Notes under the pieces: generated by a model | Seen by the model: only the letters and a program-made list of their open reading frames with translations | The model's database searches: none | What the model was told of the DNA's origin: nothing | Source of the DNA: Hyphomicrobium aestuarii | GTDB taxonomy: Bacteria; Pseudomonadota; Alphaproteobacteria; Rhizobiales; Hyphomicrobiaceae | Assembly: GCA_034408685.1 (NCBI GenBank) | Contig: JAWXCP010000039.1 | Coordinates: forward strand, 534-64,533 | DNA: 64,000 bases | Direction: 5' to 3' | Shown here: positions 61,380 to 64,000 of the stretch, piece by piece | Layout: each line of letters starts with the position of its first letter | Numbering within the stretch: position 1 is the stretch's first letter | Made by a program: the position numbers and the translations under genes

Positions 61380-64000
61380 TCAGTGGAAGTCGCGGGATTT
61401 TGGAATGACGCGTTCGCCGCGCGGATGGAGCGGGCGGGGTCGCGGCGGCGCAAGGCGTAATGGCGTCGTGGCTCCCGGTGGAGCCGTGCGGCGGGTGTCG
61501 CGGACACCGTCTGACACGTGTAAGACTTCGTCGCCACGCGCGATCGGGATGGCCATGTCTTCGGCACCGTCGGCGAGAAGTCCGAGCCAATCGCTTCGGT
61601 CCTCGAGGCGTTCGCATACCACGTGGACGATGGTGTCGTGGCGCTGAATGCGGCCGTGGATGACGATGAGGCGCGCGCCCATGACGACCCGACGGTACCG
61701 TTCGAGGATCTTTGGCCAGACCACGGCGTTGGCAACTCCGGTTTCGTCTTCGATAGTCATGAACACGACGCCTTTGGCCGAGCCCGGCCGCTGGCGAACC
61801 AGCACGATGCCAGCCACCGAAACCCGTGCACCGTCGCGCAAGCCGCGCAGTTCAGCCGCCTCGATCATACGCGGCCCGCCTGTTCCGCCGCCCTCTGATG
61901 ACAGGCGGGAGCGCAGAAAGCTCAGCGGGTGGGCTTTGAGCGACAGACGTAGCGTTTGATAATCGGCGACGACGTGCTCCGACAGCGGCATCGTCGGCAA
62001 GGCTACATCGGGCTCGGGGCCACTATCGGCCGTTTCACCCCAGGCAAAAAGTGGCAAGGCGGCGGTATCGGTCAGCGCGTGGACCTGCCACAGCGCCTGG
62101 CGGCGGTCGAGGCCGAGGGAGCGGAAGGCATCGGCGGCTGCCAGTGTTTCGAGTGTCACCCGGCGTACGCCACTGTCACGTTGGAATGCGGCAAGCGAGA
62201 CGAACGGAGGGCCATTGCGGGGTGGCGCATGGCGGTCATGCAGCGCTTCGAGCTTGGCGGCCTCCTTGGCAGCAAGCCCGTCGACTTGGTTGAGGCCGAG
62301 GCGAACCGCGCGGCGCACGGCCCCTGCGACGGGCTCCAGCGTACAGTCGAGGCGGGAATGAGCAACATCGACGGCACGCACCTCGACGCCGTGCTCACTG
62401 GCATCGCGTACGATCTGTGCCGGGGCGTAAAATCCCATCGGCTGTGAGTTGAGCAGGGCGGCGGCGAACACCTCCGGATAATGGCACTTGAGCCATGATG
62501 ACACGTAGACGAGCAGCGCGAAGCTCGCCGCGTGGCTTTCGGGGAAGCCGTACTCGCCAAACCCCTTGATCTGGTTGAAGCAGCGGGCGGCGAAGGCAGG
62601 ATCATAGCCGCGCGCGACCATCGCAGAGATCATCTTGTCCTCGAGCAGGCCGATGGTGCCGCGTTTGCGGAATGTCGCCATAGACTTTCTGAGTTCGTTG
62701 ACCTCGGCATCGGTGAATTTCGCCGCGACCATGGCGATGCGCATGGCCTGCTCTTGGAATAGCGGCACACCCTTTGTTTTGGCGAGGATATCGCGCAACT
62801 CGCTGGGTGGACCGTGTTCGGGCGATGGCTCGGGGTAGAGTTCTGGCTCAAGGCCCTGACGGCGGCGCAAGTAGGGGTGGACCATGTCGCCTTGGATCGG
62901 GCCAGGCCGGACGATCGCGACCTCGATCACGAGATCGTAGAACGTGCGCGGCTTCAACCGCGGCAGCATGTTCATCTGCGCCCGGCTCTCGACCTGGAAC
63001 ACGCCGACGCTGTCGGCCCGGCACAGCATGTCATAAACGGTTGCGTCTTCGCGCGGGATTGTGGCGAGCGTCAAGGTGCGGCCGTAGGCCGAGGCGATGA
63101 GATCGAAAGCGCGGTGGATGCAAGTCAGCATGCCGAGTGCGAGGATGTCGACCTTGAGCAGCCCGAGGGCAGCGAGGTCGTCCTTGTCCCACTCAATGAA
63201 GGTGCGGTTCTCCATGCCGGCGTTGCCAACGGGCACGATCTCGATAAGCGGGCGGCGGGTCAGGACGAAGCCGCCGACGTGCTGGGAGAGATGGCGCGGA
63301 AAGCCGGTCAGTTCGTCGGCGAGTTCGATCGTGGCGCCGAGCAGCGGATCGGTGGGGTCGAGACCGGCTTCGCGGATGTAGTGCTCAGGCAGCACGCCTT
63401 TCGATTGCGCGCCCCACACCATACCGGCAAGCGCGGTGACGGTATCATCCGACAGTCCCATGACCTTGCCGACTTCGCGCAGGGCAGAGCGGCTGCGGTA
63501 GCTGATCACGGTTGCGGCAAGCCCGGCCCTGTCGCGGCCGTAGCGGGCGTATATATATTGGATGACCTCCTCGCGCCGTTCGTGCTCGAAATCGACGTCG
63601 ATATCGGGCGGCTCGCGCCGTTCAGGCGTGATGAACCGTTCGAACAGGAGATCGACCTCGACGGGGTTCACCGCAGTGATGCCAAGGCAATAGCACACCG
63701 CCGAGTTGGCAGCCGACCCGCGACCCTGACACAGGATGCCCTGTGAGCGGGCGAAGCGGACAATATCGTGGACCGTCAAGAAGTAGGGCGCATACCGCAT
63801 CTGCGCGACGAGGGCGAGTTCGCGGGCAAGCGTTGCCTGGACGGCGTCGGGTATGCCGTCGGGATAGCGATCCAGCGCGCCGTCGAAGGTCAGCGCCGCC
63901 AGATGCGCGTCGGGCGTGGTGCCAGCTGGCACTGGCTCGTCGGGGTATTCATAGACGAGTTCGTCGAGCGAGAAGCGGCAGGCGGCGGCGATCTCGTGTG
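61380..64000 (-). CDS. dnaE2: Error-prone DNA polymerase DnaE2, 3' portion (5' end lies beyond the window)
   Basis: Pol III alpha core '[23 protein letters not shown]....[32 protein letters not shown]' with an OB-fold region. The C-terminus '...[15 protein letters not shown]' is the ending I associate with DnaE2/ImuC. The frame stays open to nt 64000. Confidence 0.85.
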   Translation of the reverse strand, partial: HEIAAACRFSLDELVYEYPDEPVPAGTTPDAHLAALTFDGALDRYPDGIPDAVQATLARELALVAQMRYAPYFLTVHDIVRFARSQGILCQGRGSAANSAVCYCLGITAVNPVEVDLLFERFITPERREPPDIDVDFEHERREEVIQYIYARYGRDRAGLAATVISYRSRSALREVGKVMGLSDDTVTALAGMVWGAQSKGVLPEHYIREAGLDPTDPLLGATIELADELTGFPRHLSQHVGGFVLTRRPLIEIVPVGNAGMENRTFIEWDKDDLAALGLLKVDILALGMLTCIHRAFDLIASAYGRTLTLATIPREDATVYDMLCRADSVGVFQVESRAQMNMLPRLKPRTFYDLVIEVAIVRPGPIQGDMVHPYLRRRQGLEPELYPEPSPEHGPPSELRDILAKTKGVPLFQEQAMRIAMVAAKFTDAEVNELRKSMATFRKRGTIGLLEDKMISAMVARGYDPAFAARCFNQIKGFGEYGFPESHAASFALLVYVSSWLKCHYPEVFAAALLNSQPMGFYAPAQIVRDASEHGVEVRAVDVAHSRLDCTLEPVAGAVRRAVRLGLNQVDGLAAKEAAKLEALHDRHAPPRNGPPFVSLAAFQRDSGVRRVTLETLAAADAFRSLGLDRRQALWQVHALTDTAALPLFAWGETADSGPEPDVALPTMPLSEHVVADYQTLRLSLKAHPLSFLRSRLSSEGGGTGGPRMIEAAELRGLRDGARVSVAGIVLVRQRPGSAKGVVFMTIEDETGVANAVVWPKILERYRRVVMGARLIVIHGRIQRHDTIVHVVCERLEDRSDWLGLLADGAEDMAIPIARGDEVLHVSDGVRDTRRTAPPGATTPLRLAPPRPRPLHPRGERVIPKSRDFH

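Overview
GC-rich chromosomal window that looks alphaproteobacterial, Hyphomicrobiales/Rhizobiales-like. That call is an inference from gene content: BA14K, PRC-barrel, EcfG-like sigma factor, HWE bacteriophytochrome, DnaE2 and an N-methylglutamate pathway. All homology calls come from reading the translated ORFs against remembered motifs; no database search was run. The layout is as follows. (i) 1-12.9 kb is decayed accessory DNA. It holds remnants of an integrative/conjugative element (HTH protein, RHH protein, relaxase C-terminal fragment, truncated ISAzo13 transposase, broken tyrosine integrase, IS1182 remnant). Intact cargo sits inside it: a 1002-aa secreted repeat protein, a Fic enzyme and two tandem secreted paralogues. 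(ii) 12.9-23.0 kb is a complete N-methylglutamate (NMG) methylamine-utilisation cluster, mgsABC-gmaS-mgdABCD, behind an XRE-cupin regulator. (iii) 23.0-29.8 kb is the most interesting part. It carries a xanthorhodopsin/Gloeobacter-type DTE proton-pump rhodopsin with a Blh retinal synthase. Divergently transcribed from it is a 1449-aa CheB-CheR-PAS-HK-REC-REC-LuxR single-polypeptide signalling protein, and the shared intergenic region contains 19-bp direct repeats. (iv) 29.9-33 kb encodes small envelope or stress-type proteins and a PfkB kinase. (v) 33.5-38.1 kb encodes a PMI-GT4-(alpha/alpha)-like tri-domain fusion followed by a GH130-like phosphorylase. (vi) The rest encodes an orphan ECF sigma factor, a D-Ala-D-Ala carboxypeptidase, the bphO-bphP bacteriophytochrome operon and a polytopic GT-C-like membrane protein. 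It also encodes a phosphomannomutase, two tandem retropepsin-like proteases, a sensor kinase, a HAD hydrolase and an M16 peptidase pair. The window ends with thiS, an LplT-PlsC-Aas fusion, a ThiO-like oxidase and the 3' part of dnaE2. Two families of short structured repeats each occur twice. No rRNA, tRNA or CRISPR array was found.
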